A stretch of DNA of 64,000 bases from an uncultured Spirochaetia bacterium. GTDB lineage: Bacteria > Oederibacteriota > PGYV01. A program made the position numbers and the translations under genes. Numbering within the stretch: position 1 is the first letter of the stretch; each line of letters begins with the position of its first letter. Shown here piece after piece: positions 1 through 10,026 of the stretch. The notes under the pieces are model-generated. The model was not told where the DNA came from and ran no database searches. It worked only from the letters and a program-made list of their open reading frames with translations. Where the stretch lies: positions 130,583-194,582 of the forward strand of contig CAYQIS010000002.1 in assembly GCA_964417645.1 (NCBI GenBank), in the 5' to 3' direction.

Positions 1-456
1 AACAAAAAGAACAGGCTCGCCGAATACGGCGAGCCTGTTTTATTTAATTCAAAGATTATTGTCATTAAACCGATTACTTTTATGAATCTTTCGGGCCGGG
101 CTGTGGCGCATTTTAAAAATATGTTTAAGCTGCAGCCTGAAGAAATAGTTGTAATACATGATGAGATGGATGTTCGGCCTTATGATGTAAAAATAAAAAA
201 AGGTGGAGGAGCCGCCGGCCATAACGGCATTGTATCCATAATTGAATGCATAGGCTCTCAGGATTTTATAAGGATAAGAATAGGCATAGGCAGACCCGAT
301 AAAGGCGATAAAACAGATTATGTTTTGGGGAAATTTGCAAAACATGAAATTGAAAATTATAAGCCCGCATTTACGGCGGCATCGGATTTTATTGACAGTT
401 ATATTGAAAAAGGTTATGAAAAGGCCGTGTCTGCTTTTAAACCGCCTGCATTATAA
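1..456 (+). CDS. pth: peptidyl-tRNA hydrolase, 5' end truncated by the window edge
   Basis: The translation from nt 1 in frame with ORF 82..456 reads ...KIIVIKPITFMNLSGRAVA...HDEMD...GGGAAGHNG...RIRIGIGRP, matching the conserved Pth core. No stop codon precedes it, so the gene is cut by the window start. Confidence 0.85.
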   Translation, partial: NKKNRLAEYGEPVLFNSKIIVIKPITFMNLSGRAVAHFKNMFKLQPEEIVVIHDEMDVRPYDVKIKKGGGAAGHNGIVSIIECIGSQDFIRIRIGIGRPDKGDKTDYVLGKFAKHEIENYKPAFTAASDFIDSYIEKGYEKAVSAFKPPAL

Positions 457-472
457 ATTTTAAAGAGGGCAA

Positions 473-799
473 ATGGGGCAGCTTACAAAATCAGAAATTT
501 CAGTTTTATATTCCGTGATTTTATGCATATTAATCGGTGTTTTTATAAATGTTTTTACGGGATATTCCTCGAAACCGGTTTTTCAGGAAAGCAGGCCAAA
601 ACCTCTGCTGATAAATATAAATAATGCCGATTATGATGATTTAATAAAAATTCCTGGAATGGGCAGAACAAACGCAAAAAGGGTCATTGAATACAGGGAA
701 AAACACGGATCTTTTAATGATATATCCGAGATAGTTAAAGTGAAAGGGATTGGACCAAAAAGATATGAAAAAATGAGACCTTATATAACGGTAAAATGA
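473..799 (+). CDS. comEA: ComEA-like helix-hairpin-helix DNA-binding competence protein
   Basis: N-terminal TM segment. C-terminal tandem HhH motif (INNADYDDLIKIPGMGRTNAKRVIEYREKHGSF...VKGIGPKRYEKM) typical of ComEA. Confidence 0.8.
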   Translation: MGQLTKSEISVLYSVILCILIGVFINVFTGYSSKPVFQESRPKPLLININNADYDDLIKIPGMGRTNAKRVIEYREKHGSFNDISEIVKVKGIGPKRYEKMRPYITVK

Positions 800-2406
800 A
801 CAAACCTGTATTTTTTGTTTCTCTGAGTTTTTGTGCCGGAATTTTTATCGGATATTATTCTGATGCGGATATTTTGATTTCTGCTTTTCTGCTTTTGCTT
901 TCTTTTTTAACGGCTGTATTTTTGCGCTTAAAAAAACAATTAAGTTTCAGATATGTTTTGATAATTTTTATATTTTTGGGAATTTTTCTATCTTCTTATA
1001 AATTGGGTTACAGACCCGTGAACAACATAAAAAAACTTGATTCAATGACACTTGAAAATTGCGAGAAAGTATTGATAAAAGTTGAATCAATACCCGATGA
1101 TTCCCCGAAAACAAGCGTTTTTATAGGGGAATTGATTGAAATAATGGGAAAAGAGAAAAAAGTTTCAGGCATTAACGGACGAATTAAAGTTACGGTAATC
1201 AGGAAAGTTAATACGGTTTTTTATTACGGGGATATTCTTGAAATAAAAGGCCGTCTCTTAATTTTGGGGAAAGAAAAAAATGAAAAAAGATTTTATGGAG
1301 CGGGGATTGATGCGGTTATTAAAGCTGACGATACTGCCATAAGGGTGGCGGGACACAAACCAAATAATTTCTTTATGGATTTATCACAAAAAGCCAGGGT
1401 CAAAATGACGGAAGTAATATATGCGTGCGTGCCTTTTGAACAGGCCCGGCTTTGTGAGGGGCTTTTAATGGGAAGCCAGAGAATGGTTTCGGATGAAGTT
1501 TATGAAAGTTTTATAAGAACAGGAACTGTGCATATACTTGCGGTGTCCGGCGCAAACGTTGCCGTAATATGCATTACCGCCCTCGTGTTTCTTGGATTTG
1601 CGGGAATTAATAAAAAAATTGCATCTGTTATAGCCGCTGTTTCTGTATGGGTATTCTGCTGCTCTACAGGGGCTTCGGAATCCGTGGTAAGAGCGTCAAT
1701 AATGGCGACTTTTATACTTGCGGGCTCAATTGCCGGCAGGGATATTGATACGGCTAGTTCTCTCTCTTTGGCCGCTTTTTTTACCGCGGTTGTTTCCCCT
1801 TTGTCTGTTTTGACTTACAGTTTTCAGATGTCATATCTTGCGGCTTTTGGAATAATATACATGTCCGATTGGCTTGACAAAAAATTTATATTTATTTCCG
1901 GGTACATAAGACCGGTGTTTACATCCACAATTGCCGCCCAGCTTTTTGTGATGCCCGTGATTATCAACGGTTTCGGAAGATTAAGCGTAATTTCTTTTGT
2001 TGCAAATCTTTTAATAGTTCCGATAGCATCGCTGATTACTGTGTCGGGATTTTTTATGTGGATTGCCGGTTTTTTAAGCATAAAAGCCGGAATGATTTTT
2101 GGGGCTTCTTGTTGGTTTTTAAGCAAACTGCTTGTTACGGTTAATTCTTTGTTCGCGGCGGCTCCTTGGGCTGTTATTGAAACATCGGCTGTTACGCCGG
2201 TTTTATATCTGCCTTATTATGCGGCTTTGTTGACAATGCCGCACGATGATATTGATTTGTTTGCGGGAAAAATAAGCCTTAAAAAGTTTTTTGCGGTTTT
2301 GGCTTTTGCTTTTGTTTTGCTTTTTGCGCTGTCAAATAAAAAACCTTTACAAAATGATATAATTGAAAGTAATACGGTAAAAACAAAGGAGGGAAAATGG
2401 AAATAA
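796..2406 (+). CDS. comEC: ComEC/Rec2 family DNA internalization channel protein, short form with no C-terminal metallo-beta-lactamase domain
   Basis: Polytopic membrane protein with DUF4131-like N-terminus and competence domain (HILAVSGANVAVI...). Overlaps the comEA stop by 4 nt. 536 aa. Confidence 0.75.
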   Translation: MNKPVFFVSLSFCAGIFIGYYSDADILISAFLLLLSFLTAVFLRLKKQLSFRYVLIIFIFLGIFLSSYKLGYRPVNNIKKLDSMTLENCEKVLIKVESIPDDSPKTSVFIGELIEIMGKEKKVSGINGRIKVTVIRKVNTVFYYGDILEIKGRLLILGKEKNEKRFYGAGIDAVIKADDTAIRVAGHKPNNFFMDLSQKARVKMTEVIYACVPFEQARLCEGLLMGSQRMVSDEVYESFIRTGTVHILAVSGANVAVICITALVFLGFAGINKKIASVIAAVSVWVFCCSTGASESVVRASIMATFILAGSIAGRDIDTASSLSLAAFFTAVVSPLSVLTYSFQMSYLAAFGIIYMSDWLDKKFIFISGYIRPVFTSTIAAQLFVMPVIINGFGRLSVISFVANLLIVPIASLITVSGFFMWIAGFLSIKAGMIFGASCWFLSKLLVTVNSLFAAAPWAVIETSAVTPVLYLPYYAALLTMPHDDIDLFAGKISLKKFFAVLAFAFVLLFALSNKKPLQNDIIESNTVKTKEGKWK

Positions 2407-2690
2407 ATTTCGAAGAAGATAAAAAAGAAAAAAAGCCCGTTTTAAGAAGCATAAACGAGGAATTTGAAGAAATTCCCGAAGGATTTATAATAAGAAGCCG
2501 TGGAGCGGACAAAAAACCTTTGGCAAAGCTTAAAACGGAGGACATTGCATCAATAAAGATAAAGCCTGCAGGCACTCTTTTTGACGGAGAAGTTTTTTTT
2601 GAATTAAAAAAGGGAGGAACTTTGAAATTTGCAATAAAAAAATACCACCAGGAAGATTTCGAAGAGCTGAAGAAAAAGTTGGGCAAATGA
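2397..2690 (+). CDS. hypothetical small Lys/Glu-rich protein
   Basis: 97-aa ORF with its own ATG, overlapping the comEC stop. No recognisable domain. Confidence 0.4.
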   Translation: MEINFEEDKKEKKPVLRSINEEFEEIPEGFIIRSRGADKKPLAKLKTEDIASIKIKPAGTLFDGEVFFELKKGGTLKFAIKKYHQEDFEELKKKLGK

Positions 2691-2749
2691 TATTGAAAAC
2701 AGAGGTTTTAAATTATATAATCATTTAAATTGTCAAAAAAGAGGTGTAA

Positions 2750-3481
2750 ATGAAAGGTATCATACTTGCAGGAGGTCTTGGCACAAGGCTTCATCCGCTT
2801 ACAAGGATAACCAACAAACATCTTTTGCCGGTTTATGACAAGCCAATGATTTATTATCCTGTTGAAATGCTTGTTAAGGCAGGTATTAAGGACATAATGA
2901 TAGTAACTGGAGGAAGCAATTCGGGTGATTTTTTAAGGCTTCTTGGCAACGGCAGGGAATTTGGCTTGAAAAGGCTTCATTATGGCTATCAGGAAGGCGA
3001 AGGCGGCATTGCGGACGCGCTTAATACAGCAAAAGAGTTTGTAGGCAAAGATAAAATGGTTGTGGTTCTTGGAGACAATATAATAGAAAGAAACATTAAA
3101 GATGCGGTTAAGGATTTTTCGAAGCAGAAAAAGGGCGCAAAAATAATTTTAAAAGAGGTTAAAAACCCCAGGGAATATGGCGTTGCGGAGTTTAAAAAAG
3201 GCAGGGTTGTAAAAATAATTGAGAAGCCGAAAAATCCTCCGTCGAATTTTGCCGTCATAGGAATTTATTTTTATCCGCCGGATGTTTTTGATATCATAAA
3301 AACTCTCAAACCCTCCGGAAGAGGAGAGCTTGAAATAACTGATGTAAATAATGTCTATATAAGAAAAAAGACAATGACTTTTTCTGTTCTTGAAGGATGG
3401 TGGATGGATGCGGGGGAATCCAAAGACGCACTTTTAAGGAGCAACATAATAGTAAAAGAAACCGGCGCGAATAAAGATTGA
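2750..3481 (+). CDS. rfbA: glucose-1-phosphate thymidylyltransferase (short RmlA type)
   Basis: MKGIILAGGLGTRLHPLT...KPM nucleotidyltransferase motif. RBS AAGAGGTG upstream. Confidence 0.85.
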   Translation: MKGIILAGGLGTRLHPLTRITNKHLLPVYDKPMIYYPVEMLVKAGIKDIMIVTGGSNSGDFLRLLGNGREFGLKRLHYGYQEGEGGIADALNTAKEFVGKDKMVVVLGDNIIERNIKDAVKDFSKQKKGAKIILKEVKNPREYGVAEFKKGRVVKIIEKPKNPPSNFAVIGIYFYPPDVFDIIKTLKPSGRGELEITDVNNVYIRKKTMTFSVLEGWWMDAGESKDALLRSNIIVKETGANKD

Positions 3482-3505
3482 TAAGATTAAGATTACGGAG
3501 GATGT

Positions 3506-3958
3506 ATGATAGAAGGTGTGAGGACAAAAAAATTAAAAGTAATACCCGATGAGAGGGGAAGGCTTGCCGAGATATTAAGATCCGACGATGAAATTTTTAT
3601 AAAGTTTGGACAGGTTTATTTTACCACCGTATATCCCGGAGTTGTCAAAGCCTGGCATTATCACAAAAAGCAATATGACAATTTTTGTGTTGTCAAAGGA
3701 ATGCTTAAGCTTGTTCTTTATGATACAAGAGAAGACAGCCCCACAAAAGGCGAAATTAACGAATTTTTTATAGGAGACCATAATCCAATGCTGGTTCAGA
3801 TACCCAACAATGTTTATCACGGATTTAAAGGAATTTCGGAAACAGAGACGGTTGTAATAAATATTTCAACTGAACCATATAGCCCTGATAATCCGGATGA
3901 ATTCAGAAAACCGGCTCACGGCGAAATCCCGTACGACTGGTCAAGGCAGGACAGGTAA
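3506..3958 (+). CDS. rfbC: dTDP-4-dehydrorhamnose 3,5-epimerase
   Basis: Cupin-fold RmlC-like sequence (FGQVYFTTVYPGVVKAWHYHK...NVYHGF). RBS GGAGG upstream. Confidence 0.8.
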   Translation: MIEGVRTKKLKVIPDERGRLAEILRSDDEIFIKFGQVYFTTVYPGVVKAWHYHKKQYDNFCVVKGMLKLVLYDTREDSPTKGEINEFFIGDHNPMLVQIPNNVYHGFKGISETETVVINISTEPYSPDNPDEFRKPAHGEIPYDWSRQDR

Positions 3959-3965
3959 ATAAAAC

Positions 3966-4973
3966 ATGAAAATATTGATAACCGGCGGCGCGGGTTTTAT
4001 TGGAAGCAATTTTACAAGAAATATACTCTCGAAATACTCTTCTTATAAAGTTACGGTACTGGACGCTTTGACATATGCTAGCAATCCGGAGACTGTTGAA
4101 GAATTTAAAAAAAATAAAAATTTTTCTTTTGTCAAAGCTGACATAAGGAATATTGAAGCCGTAAAAAAAATTTGCTGCGGATTTGATGCGGTTGTGCACT
4201 TTGCGGCTGAATCACATGTTGACAGATCAATACTTGATCCGGGAGTTTTTGTTGATACCAATGTGCGCGGAACTTTAAATATGCTTGAAGCGGCACGATT
4301 GGCGGGAGTTAAAAAGTTTATACATGTTTCAACGGATGAAGTCTATGGAAGCGTTAAAAAAGGCAAATCCGTTGAAACCGATATGCTTAATCCAACCAGC
4401 CCTTATGCGGCGTCCAAAACAAGTTCTGATTTGATAGCTCTTTCTTATTATAAAACGTACGGGCTTCCGGTTATTGTGACCAGAAGCTCCAATAATTTTG
4501 GGCCGTATCAGCATCCGGAAAAATTTATTCCGCTTTTTATAACGAATGCAATTGAAAACAAGAAGCTGCCGCTTTACGGAGACGGCAGGCAGGTGAGAAA
4601 TTGGATATATGTTGAAGATAATTGTTCGGCAATAGACTGTGTTCTGCACAAAGGCAAAGCCGGTGAAATATACAATATAGGAGGCAGCGTTGAAGTTGCC
4701 AATATAATGGTGGCAAAAATAATTTTAAAAAAGTTGAAAAAACCTTTTTCTTTAATTAAAAGGGTTAATGACAGACTTGCGCATGACAGAAGGTATGCTT
4801 TGTCATCTTTGAAAATAAGAAAACTGGGATGGAAGCCTTTATATACTTTTGAGCGGGCTTTGGAATTGACGGTTGATTGGTATCAAAACAACATTCAGTG
4901 GTGGAAAGTTTTAAAAGACGGAAAATTCAGGGAATATTTAAAAAAAGCTTATAAAGGCGGGAATGACAGATGA
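3966..4973 (+). CDS. rfbB: dTDP-glucose 4,6-dehydratase
   Basis: GGAGFIGSNF Rossmann motif, YASK catalytic tetrad, and RmlB-like C-terminus. Confidence 0.85.
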   Translation: MKILITGGAGFIGSNFTRNILSKYSSYKVTVLDALTYASNPETVEEFKKNKNFSFVKADIRNIEAVKKICCGFDAVVHFAAESHVDRSILDPGVFVDTNVRGTLNMLEAARLAGVKKFIHVSTDEVYGSVKKGKSVETDMLNPTSPYAASKTSSDLIALSYYKTYGLPVIVTRSSNNFGPYQHPEKFIPLFITNAIENKKLPLYGDGRQVRNWIYVEDNCSAIDCVLHKGKAGEIYNIGGSVEVANIMVAKIILKKLKKPFSLIKRVNDRLAHDRRYALSSLKIRKLGWKPLYTFERALELTVDWYQNNIQWWKVLKDGKFREYLKKAYKGGNDR

Positions 4974-5824
4974 AAGTGTTGATTTTTGGCGGAACGGGGC
5001 TTTTGGGCTCGGATATAAAAAAAGTCTGTGATGCATCCGGAAAGTCCGTAAAACCGCTTGACAGCAAAGCTGCGGACATTACGGATTTGGAAATTGTCAT
5101 TAACAAGGTAAAAGCGGAATCGCCGGACGTTGTGATAAATTGTGCCGCTTTAACAGATGTTGACGCCTGTGAGCGTGATCCCGATAAAGCTTTTAAGGTA
5201 AATGCAATCGGCCCTAAAAACATTGCCATTGCATGCAGACAGATGAATATAAAAATGATTCATGTAAGCACCGATTATGTCTTTGACGGCGAAGCCGGAA
5301 GGCCTTATACGGAATTTGAAAAAGTAAACCCTGTAAATCAATACGGAAAATCAAAAGTTGCGGGCGAAGATTTTGTAAAAGCAATAATGAATGATTTTAT
5401 TATTATAAGAACAGCATGGATATTCGGCGAAAAAAGAAATCATTTTGTTGACTATGTGGTAAACGGTTTAAAATCGGGAACTGAAATCATTGCGGTAAGG
5501 GATATGGTAAGCTCTCCCACGTATTCGCTGGATCTTGCCGAACTTATAAATTCTCTGCTTGATACAAATGAAACAGGAATATTCCATGGCTGCAACAAGG
5601 GATATTGTTCAAGGGTTGAAATGGTTGAAGAGATAATGAAAATAATGAACAAGCCGGGACATGTAAAAGTGATGAATCAAAGTCAGTGGAAAAGAGACGC
5701 AAAAAGACCTGTTTTTTCGGCTTTGAAAAATTATCATCTGGATCTTATAGACAAAGATATTATGGCAGGCTGGCGTGATGCGCTTAAAAGATATATAAGA
5801 AATAAAATTGAGAAAAATTTATAA
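4970..5824 (+). CDS. rfbD: dTDP-4-dehydrorhamnose reductase
   Basis: RmlD-like sequence (MKVLIFGGTGLLGSDI...HVSTDYVFDG...YGKSK). Overlaps the rfbB stop (ATGA). Confidence 0.85.
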   Translation: MKVLIFGGTGLLGSDIKKVCDASGKSVKPLDSKAADITDLEIVINKVKAESPDVVINCAALTDVDACERDPDKAFKVNAIGPKNIAIACRQMNIKMIHVSTDYVFDGEAGRPYTEFEKVNPVNQYGKSKVAGEDFVKAIMNDFIIIRTAWIFGEKRNHFVDYVVNGLKSGTEIIAVRDMVSSPTYSLDLAELINSLLDTNETGIFHGCNKGYCSRVEMVEEIMKIMNKPGHVKVMNQSQWKRDAKRPVFSALKNYHLDLIDKDIMAGWRDALKRYIRNKIEKNL

Positions 5825-5838
5825 ATAAGGGAGGATAA

Positions 5839-6867
5839 ATGAAAATTCTTGTCATTGGAGGCGCCGGTTTTATAGGCGCCAATGCCGCCGAAAGGTTTTT
5901 AAAAAGAGGGGACAAGGTTTTTGTTTTTGACAATCTTTCAAGACGCGGAACGGCCTGGAATATAAGCTGGCTTAAAAAATACAGGAATTTTTCTTTTGTT
6001 AAGGGAGATATAAGAAGGTATAAGGATATTTTGAAAATTTTTAAATCCAACAAAGATTTTGACGTTGTGCTTCATTTGGCCGCACAGGTTGCCGTTACAA
6101 CTTCTGTTGCAAATCCAAGAGAAGATTTTGAAATAAACGCTCTTGGCACTTTTAACGTTCTTGAAGCGATAAGGGAAACAAAATTAAACCCCGTAATAAT
6201 ATATTCTTCAACCAATAAAGTTTACGGAGGTATGACAGACATTAAGATAATTGAAAAGAACGGCCGATATGCTTATAAGGATTATCCTCGGGGAATAAGC
6301 GAAGACAGGATACTTGATTTTCATTCACCTTATGGATGCAGCAAAGGCGCTGCGGATCAGTATATGATTGATTATGCAAGAATATACGGCTTAAAGACCG
6401 TTGTTTTCAGGCAAAGCTGCATTTATGGTTACAGACAGTTTGGAATTGAGGATCAGGGATGGGTTGCCTGGTTTACAATAGCGACGATGCTTGACAAAAA
6501 CATAACAATATACGGAGACGGCAAACAGGTAAGAGATGTTTTGTTCATTGAAGACTTAATTGACGCTTACGAAGCCGCGATAAATAACATAGACAAGGCA
6601 AAGGGACAGGCGTTTAATATAGGGGGAGGAGCGGCAAATACAATGTCTCTTCTTGAATTGATTGCTTTTTTGGAAAAATTCTTCGGCAGGAAAATACCGC
6701 TTAAATTCGGAGACTGGAGGCCGGGAGATCAGCCTGTTTTTGTATGCGACATATCTAAAGCAAAACAGGTTCTTGGCTGGGAGCCGAAAATTTCACCCGA
6801 AGAAGGCGTGAAAAAGCTGTATGAATGGGTTAAGGACAACAAGAAACTTTTTGCTGATCTTGGCTGA
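5839..6867 (+). CDS. NAD-dependent sugar epimerase/dehydratase (CDP-paratose/tyvelose 2-epimerase-like)
   Basis: GGAGFIGAN Rossmann motif and YxxxK catalytic motif (YGCSKGAADQY), extended-SDR fold. Confidence 0.7.
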   Translation: MKILVIGGAGFIGANAAERFLKRGDKVFVFDNLSRRGTAWNISWLKKYRNFSFVKGDIRRYKDILKIFKSNKDFDVVLHLAAQVAVTTSVANPREDFEINALGTFNVLEAIRETKLNPVIIYSSTNKVYGGMTDIKIIEKNGRYAYKDYPRGISEDRILDFHSPYGCSKGAADQYMIDYARIYGLKTVVFRQSCIYGYRQFGIEDQGWVAWFTIATMLDKNITIYGDGKQVRDVLFIEDLIDAYEAAINNIDKAKGQAFNIGGGAANTMSLLELIAFLEKFFGRKIPLKFGDWRPGDQPVFVCDISKAKQVLGWEPKISPEEGVKKLYEWVKDNKKLFADLG

Positions 6868-6879
6868 AACAGTTATTTT

Positions 6880-7980
6880 ATGCTAAAGATACTTTTTGTT
6901 TCGCACAGCTCTGTAACCGGCTATCATCAGCAAAAGCTTGTTTTAATGGCAAAGAAGCATGGAGCTGAAATAATTCTTGTCACCCCGCCTTACTGGCCTG
7001 AAGGAGGCGTTGACACGCCTTTGTACAAAGGAAATAATTCCATTAAATACGAGACAGGCAAAACATTTATGTTAAAAAAACGTTTTTTTCATTTTTATCT
7101 GAATTCTTTTGAAATAGTAAAAAAATACAATCCTGATGTTGTATATATCGAGGAAGAACCATTTGTTCCGCCTTGCATGCAGTTCATAAAAGCCGCGAAA
7201 AAAAAAGGAAAGAAATGCGTTTTTTTTACGTGGGAAAACATAAACAGAAAATACAATCTTTTATATAAAAGCATTGAAAAATATTGTCTGGGAAATTCTG
7301 ATGCCGCTGTTGCCGGCAATAATGAAGCCAAAGAAATTTTAAGGTTAAAAGGATTTAAAGCTCCCGTTGAAATTATTCCCCAGTATGGAATCAATCTTGA
7401 GGATTTTAAACCGTGTGTTGGCTTTAAATCGGGAGTAAAAGAAGTTGTATATATTGGCAGGATAACGCCGGAGAAAGGGACGGATATACTGATTCAAGCG
7501 GCCGCCGGACTGCCTGATATAGTTGTTAATCTTGTTGGAACTGGGAAGCCTGAATATGTTGATAAAATGAAAAATCTTGCGGTGAAGCTTGGAATTTCGG
7601 AAAGAGTGAAATTTCACGGATATATGGACAGGCAGACTCTTAATAATTTTATTTTGAATATGCAGGTTCTGGTTCTTCCTTCGATTACAACTGATTCGTG
7701 GAAAGAACAATTTGGAAGAGTGATTATAGAAGCCTTTGCTTCGAAAATGGCTGTTATAGGATCTTCTTCCGGAGAAATTCCTTTTGTAATATCCGATGCA
7801 GGGCTTGTTTTTAAAGAAGGAGATCCGAATGATTTGGCCGCGGCTCTTAATAAGATAAAAAATGACGAATTTTTATACGAAAAGCTTACGGATCTTGGCT
7901 ATAAAAGAGCGGCTGAAAATTACACCAATGAAATAATAGCCGAAAAAATTCTTAAATTGTGCAGTGAATTGACGCGGTAA
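6880..7980 (+). CDS. glycosyltransferase family 4 (GT-B fold)
   Basis: C-terminal GT1/GT4 motif EAFASKMAVIGSSSGEIPFVISD...GLVF. Lies in the rhamnose/surface polysaccharide cluster. Confidence 0.75.
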   Translation: MLKILFVSHSSVTGYHQQKLVLMAKKHGAEIILVTPPYWPEGGVDTPLYKGNNSIKYETGKTFMLKKRFFHFYLNSFEIVKKYNPDVVYIEEEPFVPPCMQFIKAAKKKGKKCVFFTWENINRKYNLLYKSIEKYCLGNSDAAVAGNNEAKEILRLKGFKAPVEIIPQYGINLEDFKPCVGFKSGVKEVVYIGRITPEKGTDILIQAAAGLPDIVVNLVGTGKPEYVDKMKNLAVKLGISERVKFHGYMDRQTLNNFILNMQVLVLPSITTDSWKEQFGRVIIEAFASKMAVIGSSSGEIPFVISDAGLVFKEGDPNDLAAALNKIKNDEFLYEKLTDLGYKRAAENYTNEIIAEKILKLCSELTR

Positions 7981-7990
7981 ATCCGACAAT

Positions 7991-8677
7991 ATGGGTATAA
8001 AAGACGCAATTTTAAGCCTTTTTTTTCCGCAGGAATGTGCATGCTGCGGGAGATACATTAAAGATTTTAAATATGAATACATATGCGGCGAATGTTATAT
8101 AAAAATAAAGCCTGCGGGAAAAGATATTTGCCGCATATGCGGCATCCCGTTTTGCGGCAAAGAATTATGCCCTGAATGCCAAAAAGAAAAAAGAAGTTTT
8201 TCGTTTCTGCGTTCCGCCGGAATTTATGAAGGCGGATTGAAAAGCCTTATTCATGCGCTTAAATTTGAAGGGAAACTTAAAGGCGCAAAAATTATTGCGG
8301 AATATATGGCGGCAAACATTCATCTTGATTTGTCAAAAGCCGTTATTGTGCCTGTGCCTGTATCGGATAAAACAAGAAAAATTAGAGGTTATAATCAAAG
8401 CGAGCAAATTGCAAAAAACATATCGCATATTACGGGAGCGGAAGTCAAAAATTTGCTGATAAAAACAAGGGAAACTTTGCCCCAAAGAGATCTTGATAAA
8501 AAAGAGCGTAAAGAAAATGTAAAAGGTGTTTTTGCGGTTAAAAATAAAGTGGGCGGAAAAATTTTTATAATTGATGATGTTGCAACGACTTGCGCAACAC
8601 TTGATGAAGCGTCAAAAGTTATTTTAAAAGCCGGAGCAGAAGAAGTGATTTGCATTACGGCGGCAAGGGCGATATAA
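7991..8677 (+). CDS. comF: ComF family phosphoribosyltransferase-domain competence protein
   Basis: N-terminal CxxC...CxxC zinc-finger pairs plus C-terminal PRTase motif IFIIDDVATTCATL. Confidence 0.8.
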   Translation: MGIKDAILSLFFPQECACCGRYIKDFKYEYICGECYIKIKPAGKDICRICGIPFCGKELCPECQKEKRSFSFLRSAGIYEGGLKSLIHALKFEGKLKGAKIIAEYMAANIHLDLSKAVIVPVPVSDKTRKIRGYNQSEQIAKNISHITGAEVKNLLIKTRETLPQRDLDKKERKENVKGVFAVKNKVGGKIFIIDDVATTCATLDEASKVILKAGAEEVICITAARAI

Positions 8678-8724
8678 TGCCGTAGTTAAATATATTGTTA
8701 AAAAATAAAAATTAAGGATTTAAA

Positions 8725-9417
8725 ATGAACAAAAATTCCGCTTTGGTGTTATTGTCCGGAGGACAGGATTCTACAACGGCGCTTTTTTGGGCTTTGAAAA
8801 AATTTAATTTTGTTGAAACTTTATCTTTTGATTACGGTCAAAGACACAAAATTGAATTGAAAAGCGCCGAAAAAATAGCAAAGATTGCGGATGTGAAAAA
8901 CACAGTTATTAAAGTTCATGAGTTTAAAACCATTAAAAACAGCGCTTTGCTTGACTTTGAAAAAAAAGTTAATGAAAGACATAATATAAATAGATTTCTG
9001 CCTTCCACTTTTGTGCCGGGCAGGAATATACTTTTTATTACCGTTGCTTCCGCTTTTGCCTATACAAAAGGAATAAAGAATATAGTTATGGGAGTATCAC
9101 AGGTTGATTATTCGGGATATCCTGACTGCAGGATTGAATTTATAAAATCAATGGAAAAATCGCTGGCTTTGGGTATGGATTATGACATAAAAATACTGAC
9201 GCCGCTTATAAAACTTGATAAAAAGCGTACCGTGCTTTTGGCAAAAAAACTTGGAATACTTGATATGATGAAATACACTCATACCTGTTATGAAGGCCGC
9301 GTTAAGCCCTGCGGAAAATGTCCTGCATGTGTTTTAAGGGAAAAGGGCTTCAGGGAAGCGGGCTTAAATGATCCGTTAAACGCTTTGGCGAAAGTGAAAA
9401 ATAAAAAAATTAATTAA
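8725..9417 (+). CDS. queC: 7-cyano-7-deazaguanine synthase
   Basis: PP-loop LLSGGQDSTT, FDYGQRH motif, and C-terminal 4-Cys zinc site (CxxxxxxxxCGKCxxC). Confidence 0.9.
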   Translation: MNKNSALVLLSGGQDSTTALFWALKKFNFVETLSFDYGQRHKIELKSAEKIAKIADVKNTVIKVHEFKTIKNSALLDFEKKVNERHNINRFLPSTFVPGRNILFITVASAFAYTKGIKNIVMGVSQVDYSGYPDCRIEFIKSMEKSLALGMDYDIKILTPLIKLDKKRTVLLAKKLGILDMMKYTHTCYEGRVKPCGKCPACVLREKGFREAGLNDPLNALAKVKNKKIN

Positions 9418-9457
9418 GGCTGTTTTTTTAATGTGATAAAACGGAAGGTGAAATATT

Positions 9458-10000
9458 TTGAAATTAAAGTCTTTTTTGCCTTTGTTTTTGTCTTGCGCGC
9501 TGCATGCGGCTGTTCTTTTTGGAATTGCGGGGATATCTTTACACAAAGAAAATAATCTTAAAAATCAAACCGTTGATGTTGAATTGAATTTAAAAAAAGC
9601 CAAGGAAATACCGGATATCCATATAAGGGGAGAAAAAGACAAATTTAAAGAAAACAAAAGCAATGAGAGTCAAATATCCGATGAAGGGTTAAAGGGCGGA
9701 TTAAGCCGGGAAGGAATTGATGATGAAAACAGTCTTGCTTACAGGTCTTTGGTTTTAAGAAAACTTCAGGAAAACAGAAAATATCCCCCGTTTGCAAGGC
9801 GAAAGGGAATTGAAGGCGTGGCAAGGGTGGGATTTCATATAAATAAGGAAGGGCTGGCGGAAGATATAATGCTTATAAAAAGCACCGGACAAAAAGTTCT
9901 TGATGATGAAGTGTTTTCAATGATAAAGCGCGCTTCGCCTTTTCCTAAACCGGAATCAAAAATATTAATGGATGTTGAAATAATATTCAAACTGAATTAA
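9458..10000 (+). CDS. TonB family C-terminal domain protein
   Basis: N-terminal TM anchor, charged linker, and TonB_C-like fold (GIEGVARVGFHINKEG...KRASPFP). Confidence 0.65.
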   Translation: MKLKSFLPLFLSCALHAAVLFGIAGISLHKENNLKNQTVDVELNLKKAKEIPDIHIRGEKDKFKENKSNESQISDEGLKGGLSREGIDDENSLAYRSLVLRKLQENRKYPPFARRKGIEGVARVGFHINKEGLAEDIMLIKSTGQKVLDDEVFSMIKRASPFPKPESKILMDVEIIFKLN

Positions 10001-10026
10001 TATAATAGCAAAAAGGGGTGTAAAAA

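Noticed and set aside
13-45. Hairpin GGCTCGCC-GAATAC-GGCGAGCC followed by TGTTTTATTT, which looks like an intrinsic terminator.
   Set aside because: It sits inside the pth reading frame; the translation across it matches the conserved Pth core. It is probably coincidental or at most a pause site, not a gene-end terminator.
8253-8655. ORFs 8253-8459 (+) and 8395-8655 (-) inside comF, and similar embedded ORFs at 1824-2126, 2279-2686, 4329-4649, 13061-14133, 16025-16507, 17497-18149, 43048-43653, 44441-45077, 47154-47636, 50994-51728 and 61711-62298.
   Set aside because: They are fully nested in well-supported genes on the opposite strand or in an alternate frame, and have no RBS or homology signal.
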